Assembly (NCBI GenBank): GCA_000442015.1
Contig: KE561209.1
Location: 431,607-495,606, forward strand
Length of the DNA: 64,000 nt
Direction of reading: 5' to 3'
Origin: Rozella allomycis CSF55
Lineage: Eukaryota
Below the pieces are notes generated by a model. That model worked only from the letters and a program-made list of their open reading frames with translations. It did not search any database and was not told where the DNA came from. The position numbers were made by a program, and so were the translations under genes. Below are positions 12,824 to 27,100 of the stretch, piece by piece. Positions within the stretch are counted from its first letter, which is position 1, and every line of letters begins with the position of its first letter.

Positions 12824-13179
12824 TTATTTAACGAGGGGATTCCGNTGTGGCTATGGCATTCATGAGGGGGTCGGGCAGCTTGTCATAGTAAGACGGCAGG
12901 TGGCTCTAAAAGCATTTCCTCTAGCAAATCCCGTAAACGGGTGGCCTTAAATTTTAGTGAGCGATGTGATGATAAAACAAATTGAGCCCAGAGTGTGCGA
13001 ACTATTTTATTGCTTGGAGCCCACTAGCCAATGGAATGATTTTGGAATCTAATTTAAAACGTGTTATTGAACTTGATAAGGACAAAAACGACAAATTGTC
13101 ACGAACGATTTCGCCATCCGATTTGCTGTCGCAATTGTCAATACGAATTGATGTGGATTCCATTATCAAAGTCAAAAGT

Positions 13180-15160
13180 GCAGTCCTGTCGGCGTGTTGG
13201 AATCATGTCACATTATTGTTAAAAAATGAACAGAGTTGCGCATACTTAAAGCGGCTGACGACATGCGATCTGTAGCACACACACTAGACCATCCGAGTGG
13301 ACAATCTATTCGTAAATGTAATCACTGCCCACAATTATTTTGCATAACGACGATATGCGGATCTTTAAACCGCTTTTTAATACTGGCCGTCCATAATATG
13401 CCGTGGTACACATTGCAGCATATAATTCGCGTGATTGTGTTAGGTCGGTCAGAATCTCATGTCGTCGCCGGTAGGCAAAGATATCATCGATTGGTACCAA
13501 GATCCAAAACGGATGCTTATTGGGCTGCTACATAAAATTGAAGGTATTGCTCTCCTATCAATTTCAAACGAATCGTATGTCGCAATAACGGCCCATTGGA
13601 TATATGAATTATGTATTGCGTGGGATGAAGTATTCGGCCTGGGCGTTGCATTCGTTTCTTAACAATATCCTTGACTAATTCTGCATGTTAAACAGTATCG
13701 TGTCAAACTTCTTAATGGTTCTGTAGCTTGCTGCATATACCTTGCCTGGCACATATGTTAAACCTTATATTGTCACGGACGATCTTGCACAATATTAGTA
13801 CGACTTGTGTTTCGGGAGCCTGGTAATAGAAACTGTCGAAACAATGCGCGACAAATATATGACCTGAATGCGAAACATGCACTTATTGTTAAACTTCGAC
13901 GAATTGTTACCTGTATTCTGGCTCAGACCAAAAATGAGAATTTGGGGACGCACAAAAAAGGCTCGCAAAATATAAAGGCCCTGGGCAATTTGATTCTCTT
14001 GCAAAATAAGTAACAACTTTCATTTTAAGTCACTTCGGTTCAAGATGTCGACCCAATGAAATTTAACTAACATGATGATAACGAGTGCCATAAAAGCAAA
14101 ACTCGCAGTGTCGTCGGCGGATCGGATATTGAAAAAAAGGATACTTCATTGAAAATAGTCACTCTGACCCACGGCGAATGGATTTAACTCAAAACAGACT
14201 GTGGCGCGCAGTGGAAAATCAACGGCAATTATTTCTTTCGTGTTAATGTGGTGGACTAGGTTTAATACATTGACATGATGGCGATCACCACGACCAGTTG
14301 GGTGAATGATGTCAGTATCGTGTAACGTCATCATAGAGAGTGAACTGTAGAATGATTGCCAGACGACAAAAAGATAAGATGACTCCGCACGTTTTCATCG
14401 CTTGGTTTGGATGTAAGGATTTTTGACCGAATTTGTCCTTCGTCCGTCCGTCGTTATTCCTAAGGACAAACGGGACGTGATTAGGAACATTATTCTAGAC
14501 ATGGTGAATTTTTTGGACAAAACTAATAATGAATCTGTTTTTGAAACTTTATCAAATGTTGCTGCCCCATCAAATAAGAAAAGTCAAAGGGAACGCATGT
14601 TTGATCAAGTTTTAAAACCAACCAATTAGGACGATATACAAAGTACTGGCTGTGTGTTGAAGCTAAATATAAATAGCTAAGTGTAGAACTTCCTTATCGG
14701 GACCAATGTTTTACTCTTTTATCTTACGATTTACTATCCAATTTATCAGGATTAAGATACTATAAGCGCATGGAGCGACATTTTTTTCGATTGAGAATGG
14801 ATTATCCTAACTATTTATTGATATCTCCTTAGAGTTTTATATGTTGGTCCTTTCTATAAATAGTATCCTTTCCATAATTAGTATCAGAATAGAGATCCAT
14901 GAATTATGACTCCTCTCTTTGATAATTATTCTAAGAAGGGTGGGATGAGAATCCCTCTATGAAATGTGGGATGAGAATCCCTGGTACGACATTTACAAAC
15001 TCTTGTCCATTCTTCAGTAGCCTTTTTACTATATCAAAACACTGTGACATATACGACGAGGAGTTGAAGTATTATCTGCGATTGGACCGTGCTAGTATTT
15101 ATGCTAAAAATTTGGATGCCTTGACCTGGTGGAAGGAGCATGGGGAACAGTATCCACCAG
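13180..15160 (+). mobile_element. Degenerate hAT DNA transposase
   Basis: BED finger (W.H...KCNHC...GSLNR), SYVAITAHWI, HIPCLAHMLNLIL (~13735), decayed QDV.TRWNST (~14040), and dimerization domain ELKYYL...DALTWWKEHGEQYP. Confidence 0.8.
14786..14991 (-). mobile_element. Short, diverged solo LTR inserted in the hAT remnant
   Basis: The first ~85 bp match LTR 463-550. It ends in GACA and contains an internal 17-bp direct repeat, GTGGGATGAGAATCCCT. Confidence 0.6.
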
Positions 15161-15277
15161 TTTGTTGTAAATTATATACAGTAATGGCTGATGCGATAAT
15201 AACATGCGTAAATTTTGACATAAAAATGAAGCAAATAGTTCCGACGCCAGCACCTAGGTCCTAGACCATGGTATAAT

Positions 15278-15374
15278 CTGCGGGCTGGGTCGCCGGACAA
15301 GATTTTGAAAGTTGAAATTGAATGGGGTGGGTCCAAATTGCAGGTCTTGAAAATCCGACCCATGCAGGGCTCTG
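15278..15374. mobile_element. Possible hAT terminus or mini-element with imperfect inverted ends
   Basis: CTGCGGGCTGGGTCG ... CCGACCCATGCAGGGCTCTG; a GC-rich island just downstream of the hAT transposase. Confidence 0.35.
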
Positions 15375-15473
15375 CCCAGAGGTATCTAGTGGAAGTGAAA
15401 CTGGTCATGTATCTGGATCGCTCCTCAGTCTTAGACATAAACAGACACAATAGTACTACTAAACTACTACTGA

Positions 15474-16872
15474 CTAGTCATGAACACTTTTTATTTCATT
15501 TTCGGGACGAAACATTAGAAATTCCAAGAGGTAAACAGCTACACCCGGCTTTCCTAAGAAGTCTTTACTTGTTATATATCCCTTCTTTTTGCTGTCCAGA
15601 GCATCGAAGGACTCACCCTACCTTTACTCACAGGGATTTTCCATACGATTATTGACTTCAAAGTATCGACTGTAGTTCTATCCTAAATTGGCCTATAAAA
15701 GTAATCAAGACCTTTAGGAAAGAAATGCATGTGATCTCATCTACTCTGTCTTGATTCAATATATCGAAGCATGCAAAAAGATATTGAAGGGAATATCGGT
15801 TTTCTGGATTCTTGACACAAAAATAGAGAATTAAGAAGTCCATGAATGCCTTTAAGTAATTTTAATAATAAATTACCATTCCATTATTTTTTCCATATTT
15901 TTTAGCGATCAATGCATCGATAAATTTAGGATTCCATTGTCTTTCTCCTATCATATTTATACGTGAATAAGGTATCACTTGGCTAGTGCTGTTATCTTTA
16001 ATTTCTTCAAAATAATCTTTACAAAAACATTTCAATTTTTACCCCATAAATCTAGTGCTCTTTCGTAACAAAATGGATGTTGACTGAATTCATCCATTGT
16101 TTGAATATCATTATCCCGTACTTGTCCAAGCCAAGTGAGTTGATTGGATTTTAAGAGATCCGCGATGTTGAATTCTTTTTTCCCATTTTTACAGTTTTTA
16201 CTGTCATTCCTTGAAGGCACACCAAAAATGAAATTTGTAACAATGAAAGGAACATATACCTCTTGTATTAGAAAGTCTGATAAATTTCTTTCAATGTAAT
16301 TTATCTCTTTAGACACACTGAGTACATATTCAGAAAGATCTTCAATTGATAAACAAAATTGCCTTTGAGTAGGTCCCATCCTTTGCGAAGAAAAGCTCAG
16401 GAGCTCAACGAATAATCGGGCAATAGATACTAATAATAAAATGCGAAGAACATTGTTTACTTTGATTCATGAAATAGTTTTCAGACTTTTCTGAGTTAAT
16501 GTTGCCTCCATGCTCGAGTAACTCAAATGTTCTGTCGTCCAAATAAGTAGCGAAGAAATCTGGAACTAACTCCATTGTTGACACTTTTTCTTTCACCGAT
16601 AGCCGCTTTGACGGAATGTGATTTCATATTACCTTCGGAACGCCAACTTCTTTTAAAATTTTTAGCATCGCAGACAATTTTGCGTCACTAAAGTTTTTCT
16701 TTACAAGCTTTTTAGCCTCTGATAGTATCGTAATATCTAAATGGTTTGATTTGGCCCATTGTTTTATGAATGTATAATCTGGGTCGGAAAAAATCACTTT
16801 CAAATTTTGGTGATTAGAATCTGCCTTTAGGCGTCTTTTCCAAGCGCTTTGAGAGCTACTATTTTCACACAT
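15474..16872 (-). CDS. Divergent PP2A B'' regulatory subunit (PPP2R3C/TON2-like EF-hand protein), ~6 introns
   Basis: Short GT-AG introns join the ORFs into one frame: LSIEDLSEYVL, FNIADLL, FCYERALDLW, SLQYLFACFDILNQ, and EF-hand FDALDSKKKGYITSKDF. Confidence 0.6.
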
Positions 16873-17021
16873 ATCAACTGAAAGATGTTTATAAAATGGT
16901 AAATACCAATCAAAATAATTGCCATAACTATTGCAATCAAGTTATCTTGCAGAAATTTTAAAAATAGATCAAAAGGACTGAAAGATGTAACCTTACCCCT
17001 GTTGTTACTAATATCAACTCA

Positions 17022-18548
17022 ATGGAAACGGCGAAAAGAGATCTAGTTTTGGGTTTATGCGAAGTTATTTCTCGATGTAGAAATATTAAAAATTCTCCTA
17101 TAAACGAAATTGAATATTCCAGTGTTATTTACTTGGACATTCAGTCATCACGAAACGGTCCTTTACTTGAAAGAACAGTTGTTTCATTTAAAAGGTAACA
17201 GATATTATATCATATTAAAAGAAATTTGAAGTCAATTGATGAAGTATGTCGCTTTATTGCAGAATATGAAGATGTAATTAAGGCATTGCCTTTGGCAAAA
17301 CAGGACAACTGGGATTTGGCTCTAAAGTAATCAACATAATCTACTATAAGAATTAGTGCCTATGATCCAAATGTTAAAAATCCTATTGCTACAAAATTTG
17401 ACCTCCATTCAGAGTTGCAAACTGTAAAGATTGTGAGGGATGATTATCAAGTTTCTATCGTTTATGACGTTCTTAGAGTAATAAAATTAGTTATTAGTAA
17501 TCAGAAAAGAAATGTTAGTGTATTTAATGAGAATGTCAGGTCCTCGTCTCCAGTTCCTTCGGATGTTGAAAAGAAAAAGGTGTCGTATATACTTATCAGA
17601 AAACAAAAATTAAAATCAAATTATGCGAACGGGCCATTTACTCGAATTGTTGAAAAGAAATTGACCATTAGCGAAAATAGTTCAGAAAAGTGCTTTTTTA
17701 CTACAGCTTCTGATGATGATTCAGACAGTGATAATGAAATGGATTTCGCAAGCATAAGCGAATATAAAATTACATCACCGTTATCCAGTTGCCCTTCACA
17801 TCCTTGGTTGAATATACCTAGAAATAATCGAAGAAATGACCTGGAAAAAATGAAGTATCCTTTTGAAAGTGCTACAAGGTTTGTGGGGTCCTTTGAGCAA
17901 TCCTTGATATCAGGGAGAATGGCAATGTCTCCATCGAAACCCATCATGTTCACAATGCAATTGTCCGTTCATAGTCAAAAAATATCTAGTTATAGCAGAT
18001 ATACATTTGAATTTCCTGCATATTTTTATTGTCATGACGACTTTATTTCTCCATATGTTGGTCTAGTAAATCTTGAAAAAGAAATACAAATGGGACCTAT
18101 TAATGGATGCTATAGAATTCCGCCAAAGGGTCAACTGCAAATAGTTATTAAATCTCCAACTGGCGGAATAATCAAAGTATTTTTAATTCCCTATGATTTT
18201 AAAGACATAAATGATTTTTCGAAAATATCGCTACGTCAAAAAACTTTCACACGGATCAATGGGTCAGAATATATCCGTTATGCCGTCCATTTAAATTTCA
18301 TCAAAGGAAACAAAGGGAGATACTTCTTGCACAAGAATATTCGCATAATATTTAGCAACCGTCAAACTGACGAATCGCTACATTCGTCAACTACCCTTTC
18401 AGATATTTATCCTATTAAGAAGCCATTAGTTTCAACTGTTGAAAAGTATTTTTTCAAAAGAATGGCTAAATTCAATGAAAATTCCGATTTTGAGTACGTC
18501 GCTTTTTCAAAATCTAGGTACAGCCCACTTTCTTCTATTTATCGCTAG
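17022..18548 (+). CDS. Atos/FAM214-family protein (DUF4210 plus Chromosome_seg domain)
   Basis: FVGSFEQSLISGRM; YRIPPKGQLQIVIK...KVFLIPYD; LRQKT; RYAVHLNF. 5' exons are joined by short introns. Confidence 0.8.
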
Positions 18549-19218
18549 TTCAAAAGATCGTCTGATTTCAAGATGCCGATCTTGTCCCCTTCTTATTGGT
18601 CATACCTTTAAAGAAGATTTAAGTATAACAGAAGGTTATTTTCTAAGAAGAATAGTTTCAACGCAAGATGTTATGACATACAAAGCGAATGAGGAACTTC
18701 TCATGTCTGAAGTCGGACAATAAAGTCATTTAACATGCATTTCATAACTTTCCATTGTAAAGATGATCCAGATTTATTTATGAATTTACTGTTTTTGTTG
18801 GTGGAACTCCATTCATGGTATTCATGAAGTTCTAAAGAAGAATGTGTCCATAAGAAATGCATTAAGATCAATACAACTTTACTGTGAAACTTCATTAATT
18901 TTTTTTAAATATATACAATTAAGTCAATAATCGTATTTATTAAGGATGAGGGATCCACATCGTCAAAGTCACCAAGGAGAATGAGAAAGTTGATGTACAA
19001 GAAATCCTCCACTAATTTTAAGTGGGCTTCTGACAGTGAGGCTGTGTCCTTGGAATAAGGATTCTCGCAGGAAGAGAGGTATCTTAGTTGAAATTGCCAA
19101 TTGGTAACTAAATCCAGAGTCCCAGACTCAATTTTCTAAATTGACAGCGTTTATAGTTTTACGAGGACTTAACGCAGAAATTGAACGAAAAAAATAGTTA
19201 CATTGAAAAAAATATATG

Positions 19219-20404
19219 TTAAGTATTCTTTATACATATTTCTTTCAGTGCTTCATATCCGATAAATGCAACAGAAGACCCTGGCACTGACACATAAATT
19301 CTCGGTTTAGCCCCCTTGTACATGCCCCTAATACCCTCCTTTCTGTATATTTCACCTATCATATTGAAGAAGCCCTTTTTTAAACTATTTCTGTCTTTTA
19401 GACTATCATATTGTAACAATTGAATTCTGGTTCGGGCAACGTCTAAAGGATTAGTTCTAAATTATGTCCGTATCTATTCTTTACACTAAAACAGCACATG
19501 TACCAGCCATTGCCCCGCTTATTAATGGATTAAAGTATCGAGAGATAGATGGGCTGTCGGCGATAGGCCACCCCGTTTTATTCTGCAAAAAATGCCACCC
19601 GCTGTACAAAGATTTTTTGAATAATTCATAAGATGCCCACCATACAGCTGAACCGGGTCCAAATGCGATGAAGTATGGAATGTATCCCCGGTAAAACCCT
19701 TTCCAGCCCTCAGTCAGGTAAATGTCTTTTATAACCTCTTTATGAATAATTAGAGTATAATACCTCTAGTATTTGCATACGTCTTAAAGTTTTGACCCAA
19801 CTCTTTGGTAACTTGCAATTTTTGGCTTATTATATCTGAAGGCACATAACAAAATGCAGAGGTTGCCTCTGCCAAAAGTCCCGCGGCAGAGTTTGATGCG
19901 AAATCTTTTTGAAGAATCTTAGTATTTATACCGATTGCATGGTTGTTTAAGCACGATGATATTTGACTTTTCTTAATTTTATCTGACAAAGTTTGGTTTA
20001 ATATCTCATAGGCTACATAATACAAAGATTGTCCTGGAAATGAGCCGATCGCTAATTAACATACTTTTGAAGCTTTACAAGCAGATATATAGCCCCCATA
20101 AAGGCCTAGTTGGTTGAAAACAAAGTTGTTACCTCGTAGTCCTTCCCTTTTCCCAATGTTATATAGCATTCTATGTAGTTTTTGATCTTTGTATACATCA
20201 AACTTGATAAGTATGATTGCTATTAAGTACTTTGTCCGCTTGCAACCTTGTCCTAAGCACTTCGGCCGGGTAGAATAAAGTGTTAATGGAAAATACAAAT
20301 ACGGAACCATAGTAAGTGTAAAGAGATGTGTCCATATCTTTCCATGTAATTGATTTTTGAGATACGATGTTGTGTGGATCTTTAAGCCCGTCAACTTTAG
20401 ACAT
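19219..20404 (-). CDS. Mitochondrial carrier (SLC25A44-like)
   Basis: Three Px[DE]xx[KR]x[KR] repeats (YPAEVLRTRLQ, VPSDIISQKLQ, NPLDVARTR); EGIRGMYKG. Confidence 0.85.
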
Positions 20405-20460
20405 TAGCAAGGAAACAAGCTATTATTAGAAACTTTTTCAAAATAATTTATTGTCGGAAT

Positions 20461-23400
20461 TTAACTTTGCAATTTTATGTCCTGTAGGGCATTCTCTATT
20501 TCCCGTTTTGAAAGTGCAAATCCCGGTCTAGGAGGCATTTTCTCATTTTTGATTTGTTCTTTTATTATATGCTAATTTCATTTATTTGAAAGATTTACAT
20601 TAATAGACTTTTGTAAACCGACGATCAGCATTAAGAAAGGTTCGGGATCTTTGGCTGAAGGCGAAAAGTACCTTATTCCATCCATGAGCAATTTATAGAC
20701 TTTTTGCCATCTTTGCCTTAGAGAAGCGGTGAAATTTTTATTATCCGATATAAAATTCTTAATTATGAGGATATTATCTACTTACTGATACGTAAGAGTG
20801 GCTTGAGGCTTCGGTGGTAACGCAATTCATTTCAGATGCAAATTGATTTATTGTTGCCGACAGGGTTGGAAAGTGAACTATGATAACTTTTAAATATATT
20901 TACTTTTTAAGCACTTTTCGAAACAATTAATTTCTGTGATTAATTCTAAAATATCAGGGTTTTGCTGTACCAAATAATGTAAAAGCGTTGGAATTTGAGA
21001 ATTTCCAGTTTTGACTTCTTTGAGCTTATTTAAATCGTTTAATTTGAATCCAAAGGCGCTTCCTCTGAGGGTGGAGCCATTCAAGTAATTTCCAACTGCG
21101 AGAACCAATTCAAGGAATTTCTTAAAGTTATCGAAATTGGAAATTTCATTAGCCACAATTCTAACTGCTTCAATTTGAACTTGAATTTCTTGTTTTTCAG
21201 TGTTGAATTTTCTAATGTAGAGGATTGATTTGATTTTGTTTGACATATTGGGGATGATTTTAACTGCATGAATGAACCTCTCTGCGACGTCTAGATGGGA
21301 TGCATCGCCTTCAAAGCAATTTAGCAAATCTATTTCTTCTTCAGTTGGTACGCAATTGAGTAAACTGTGTAATTGATCGTTTGTTAGTTTCTTGTCATAG
21401 TCCATGTTTATGAGAATGTTGCTAATTTCTTCAAAGCTGAACTTTATTCGTGAAATCATTATAGCTTTTTAAATGGAATCATGATTATTACCGATATTTT
21501 TACTTCTTGTTGGTTGAAGAAGAGATATGAGTTTCTTTTGGCAAGGCTCTGTTGGTTTATTTATTTCTTTCTTTGAATTATCTGAAGATGTAGATTCAGT
21601 GTTATTTTTAGCAAACAAGTCTTCAATGAAATTTTGGTCTAGTTTGATATTTAGATCGTCAATGTCTTCCCATACAGTACCTTTAATGTCGTTGAAGGGA
21701 ATCTTATTCCAATAGAGTGGCTAATTGAATTAAATAACGAGAGTTACTTTTAAAGGTTTGCTTGGTTTTACGGTAGGTTTAGTGACAATATTCATTGGAG
21801 GTGGTGGTGGAGGAGAGAAAGAAGAAGAGGCTTGATTTGAACCAGGAAGAGGAGGAGGTAATGGGATATTTTCCATATTTTTTCCTGGTAATAGCGGAGG
21901 AGGTGGTGGTGGTGGTTGTAGAACGCTTTGCACTGGCAGTGGAGGTGGTGGAGGCACAGTGATTTGAACCTGATCTAATGAAGGAGAATTGGATGTAATT
22001 TTAATTGCTGAACATGAAGGATCAATTTTTAATTCTTTTTCGAGAGAATGAATTAAATCTGACCATTTTTCATTTGATAAAGAAGGATGTAGAGATAATT
22101 CATTGATGATTGAAGTTGCCATTTTTAAGTGAGTTGGAACGTCCTTTTTAAGATTGAGAATATTTATGATAGCCAAGCCCATTTCATTTAATAAAGTTGA
22201 AGAATTTGATTGAATTATTTTCCAGGGAGAAGATTGTTTCATTTGATTTTGATCTGATAGTTTCTTGTTGAGAAAGATTGAATAAATGTCATCTATAGAT
22301 TGGAATTGATCAGCATAAATCTGAACAATATTTTCAAAATTTAGATTGTTTAAGATTTGATAAAATTGAAATCTTTCTTCAATTTCTGGATTTAAGACTA
22401 CTAAGCCACAAACTAAACGAATTAAATTAATTAAAGATTCTTCTCTTATTTCATTTGAAATTTCATGGACAAGCATTCTAAATCCAGTTTTCTTTAAATT
22501 AAAATAAATATTGAAATAATTTAACGTTGTGTTGTAATCATGGCATAACATTGAATAAACTAGTTGTGTAGAGAATGTTAAATGTTCATTAATGTACAAG
22601 AGAGACACACTTGCTCTGATTACAGAATTTTTAATGATTGGCGACATTTCTTCTAAATAATCATGGACTGTCAAACTAAGAAAAATACGTAGAATTAAAT
22701 CTGTGACATCTAATCTTTGTTTTTTTTCTACAATATAGACAAGGGTTAATAATATATCAGATTCTAAAAATACATTCATCCAAGCATCATCAGCCACTCT
22801 AACAATTTCCATTAAATACAAAATATATTTTCTTAAATTCTTTTCACTATTTATCAATCATCAATAAAATTACTGAATAGAAAGTTTTTGAAGCCAATAT
22901 GATGGTGGCTTCAATATTTTACGTAGCAGAAATTTATTTGAAAATCTTTCATATCGACTTTCAAAATTTTCATTTAAACTACTAGAAGATTTATTTTCTG
23001 ATAATGATAATTTGCTTGATAAATCTATTTCTTCCAAAATATCTCCATCTGATATCAAAATTTCATTTTCTTTCATCTTTTGAATAAACTTTTCATATCC
23101 CAATGAATGAGACTGAATTATTTGCCATTTCAATTGTGTCGACATCATCTTGGCCTTTTCCATGTTCACATTAAATGGTCTAATCAACTCTTCAAATTGT
23201 GAATTAATCTCAGAAAGTGAAACTTGAATGTCTTGCTCTACAACACTCTTCCTCTTAAACATGTTCTTCAACGCTTTATTTAAATTTATTATATTATTTA
23301 CAGAATTGATACTTGGCTATCCTTGATCTTCCTTGGATATAGAATATCGTCCTCTTGTCATGCTTCTCTGCCCTCTTCTTAAATGAAAGTGGCCTATCAG

Positions 23401-23921
23401 TCAACAACAGTGGCTCCTTTTCTACATTCCCTCAATCTTAACTACTTACGCATATCGCCACTCTTGGATATATATGCTACACTAAATGTATAATTCTCCA
23501 ACTTCAAATCCTTCAACAATTGAACTGCTAGTTCCGCTATCGTCATTTGCTCAGTAACAAACACCGTTTCTTCTTGCTCATTATCCATCAACGCAACTTG
23601 AATAAAATGCTGGTTATTCACTAACATAACCTCCATTCCTCTTTTCGCTATTGGTAACACCGCATCATCGTGCTTTATCACACATGTTTCTAATCCTTCC
23701 CCATAGCCTCTTTCACATTTTCATTATATTTTACTTTTGTTCGAATCTATTTTCAACAGCTCGCATGACATTATTCGCAAGGCTAATTGCTCTTCACTCT
23801 CAGACGGGTACAGTTTGCCCAAAACTGTTCTAATAACATTCTGTGCTAGTGTGTGTTCATTCACATGAAGCTTTTTTCTTGATTTATCGGGTAACACTAC
23901 AGTCAGAAACACTCCAGTCAT
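20461..23921 (-). CDS. Formin (N-terminal extension, GBD/FH3, polyproline FH1, FH2)
   Basis: Polyproline tracts at 21797-21955; FH2 motifs LAVGNYLNG and AFGFKLNDL. Upstream exons splice in frame. The frame of the last exon is ambiguous (stop at 20461 or 20496). Confidence 0.85.
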
Positions 23922-24103
23922 TCTAAAATTTGACCAAGCCACAAAATAAACACTGTATCTTTTAACCTTTGATTACTATTTAACGTATCAGAATATAATA
24001 CTCTGATTTCTAATCTTTATCGCATTATATCATTTCTCCATCGTCTCCATCTTTTGGAAATATACTTTCATGGCCCTTGACAACCTATAGTTTACCTTTG
24101 TAT

Positions 24104-27100
24104 ATGCCCAAAGAAAAAAAGGAAACACAGCAGACTTTGCAGTTATCTTCTATTCACAAACAGTCATTAAATGAAGTATTCATTATTATTCTTAATTGAT
24201 AGAATGGATGGAAAGTTTGCAAAATCTTTCTCTATTCTGATCCAAACTCTATACCACAAGTAGATTAATGATAATATTAAAATGTAATAGAGCGGGAAAC
24301 AGGCAGATATATTAACTCAATTGACTGATACCATACTAATCGGCAATAGGCCTCGTTTTTCGTATATAAATTCAAAAGATATTATTCAATTCATACTAGA
24401 AACTGCCAAGATCTATGATTGTTCTTTTGCTGCAAAGCCAATAATTGATAGCAATGGAGGCAAATTGGATGGCATTTCTGCTGAATTGCTCGCAAAGGTT
24501 ATAAAAACTTACTTGCTGGTGTTGAAAAAGAATGCACTTGAACAAAAGGCGGCGCTAGTAATGAATTATTTAAATATATTTAGGCTGCTCAAGCGAAAGC
24601 GGAAGCCGAAGCAATGGCCCTAGAAGCTGATGCCAAGAAAAAGGGGGTTAGAAGCAAATCACCAACAAAAGCAAAAGGTAAAAAGAGTTTTGTTTATAAC
24701 ATAGGTAAAAATATAAAATGTCTTTGATTTGATGAACCAGGTTCAGCGGATAAGAAAAAGAAAAAGCCAAGGGAACGAATAATTGGTGATGAACCAGCCG
24801 AGGGGCCGAATGTTTATTATGTTTTTAGAGATATGAATGTCGAAGTAATTGAGTGGCTGGAAAAGGAATGCGATATTGGAATAGATTTGTGTTATTGCCA
24901 AGGGTCCAAAGTTGAAGAATTGAACAAGGTAGTCTTGAATGAGAAGAATACCGATTCTCTTATTAAACAAATGATAGTTAAACAAATTCCAAATGACATC
25001 AATGATGGAAAAACTTTATTTGATAATTTGGCCAAGACTATTTATGACATTTTTGAAAAGAAAAAGATGTGGAAAACATTGTATGAAAGAACCAAAGTTT
25101 TACCAGTTAACAAAAAGATTGAGAATGTAGATATGAGGTAACATTAATTAATTTTGATAAAAGATATTACAATTCAATCTTAAATGATGTTCCCATGGAG
25201 AGCGTGACTGTAGAATTGATAATTGAGGCGATAATAGAAGACGTCATTCATGGGGAAGAAATGATTAAACAATCACAGCTTTTAGATTCTGAATCTGCAA
25301 ATAATTTAACAAGCAATATCTTCAAAGTATACACAGATTACTTGAATGTTCATAATACAGACAGTTTAACAAACAACAACTACAACTTTGCTTCAGAAGA
25401 AAGAAATTTGCCAGTTATAATGTTTGGCGATGAGCTGTTTGAAAAAAGTCAAAGCATCAAGGGGAACATCAAGTTTGAAGTGTTGAATAAACTAGAGAAA
25501 AACAATATTATAGAATCCAAATATGATAGAGTAGATTTGAACGATACATTTTTGAGAGGAGATGATTCGAATGTGAAATACAAAAAGTTAAACATGCTGT
25601 TTGGAGGCCAATGTGACCCCTTGACTGAAAGGCAACTGATACTATTAGAATTTGAAGCAATAATGGATTACATCAAGGGCCAAAGAGATGATTCAGAGGA
25701 ACAATCATCAAATCATGAAAATGAAGAGATTACAGTGACAGTAGAAGATGAAAGCAAAACAGAAAATGATAGAGTTGAAAATGTTGCGTTAAATTCCAAT
25801 AACTCATCAAATGCTAATGCAAATGCTAATGCAAATGTTTCAAATAATTTAAATCCTAACAATTTAGGATTTAATGGATTTTTTGAGCAAATTAGAGATG
25901 TTCCTGTAAATTTAGTTCCATCAAATCAGCCAGCCATTCCTTCTGTTCCCATCATCATAACCGAAAATGAGAAAGAAATACCTGTAAAGAAAATTAGATT
26001 CCCTAAATTTGACTCTAGCCAATACAACATTCATGAATACTTGGACCCAACAGTTTTTAGTCAGGTAAAATGATATTAACAATGCCATCTATTTAGAGAC
26101 TGCAAGGGTTGATTAATGAATTTCCAAAACTTTATATTCAGGAATACCCCGACGAAAGATTTAAGCTTTTAGTATTAAAAGAATTCAACGATCAAGATAT
26201 TCAAAGTGATTTAGCCAATGGAGGACCATTAAAGGAAACAAAACAAGGCTTTTTAAACCATGGCCATAACTGTTACGAATACAATGTTAAATATTTTCAT
26301 TCATTTAGTAATTTTTATGATAAAGTTATAAATAAAAATATTCCAATATCTGAATTTATTTGTGGCAATCAAATTTTGGACACAGGGGACTCCCATCTTG
26401 TGGGTGGAGACGATAATCAATCATTTTACCCCTGTGATGGCTCCCAAATAAAAATTCAGAATTTCCATTCAAAAAATAATTCATTTAAAAGAAAACTAGT
26501 TCTTTTTAAGAATCATACATTTTCATATCAAAACAAAATCTTTTCAGCACATTTTGATGATGACACAATAATATCCATTTCAAAATCACCAAACAAGAAA
26601 TTGTCTATTGCATTAAATGATGGGACTTTGGTTGAATTGCTAGCAGACGGTAGCATTCTAACAGTTGATCCAGTGGAATCGGACGAAAATTTTAAATTTT
26701 GTGTAATAAAAAGGAATGGATCTCTTTATTATTTTAATGAAAATTCCAAAGAAGGAGCTGTCTATTTAAATAATGGAAAAATAACAAAAACTAATCACCT
26801 TGGTATTTCTAGTGTGGTTGAAATGGATGATATACCAGACAGTCGAATTAATAGTAATAATGATATAAACAAATCAGCTTCAAATTTCAATCAAAATCAA
26901 TTAATAGTCCAACATTTTCCTGAACATAATCAAACAATCGTTACTAGAGGCGACTTGACAGTAGCCACTTTACAAGGATCCACATTAACAGTAGAATATC
27001 CAAACTCAACAAAAATTACTACTACATTGAAGAAACATATTAAGTTTTCAAAATCTGAAATTGATTTGAATTCAACAAATCAAATATCCGTTGAAAAAGG

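Noticed and set aside
15172-15450. Small membrane-protein gene (FUN14-like) disrupted by an insertion
   Set aside because: Only a weak hydrophobic resemblance; no reliable motif.
20555-20625. Non-canonical acceptor in the last formin intron
   Set aside because: The DAD-like frame can be reached with a canonical 47-nt GT-AG intron or a 1-nt error; this cannot be resolved from sequence alone.
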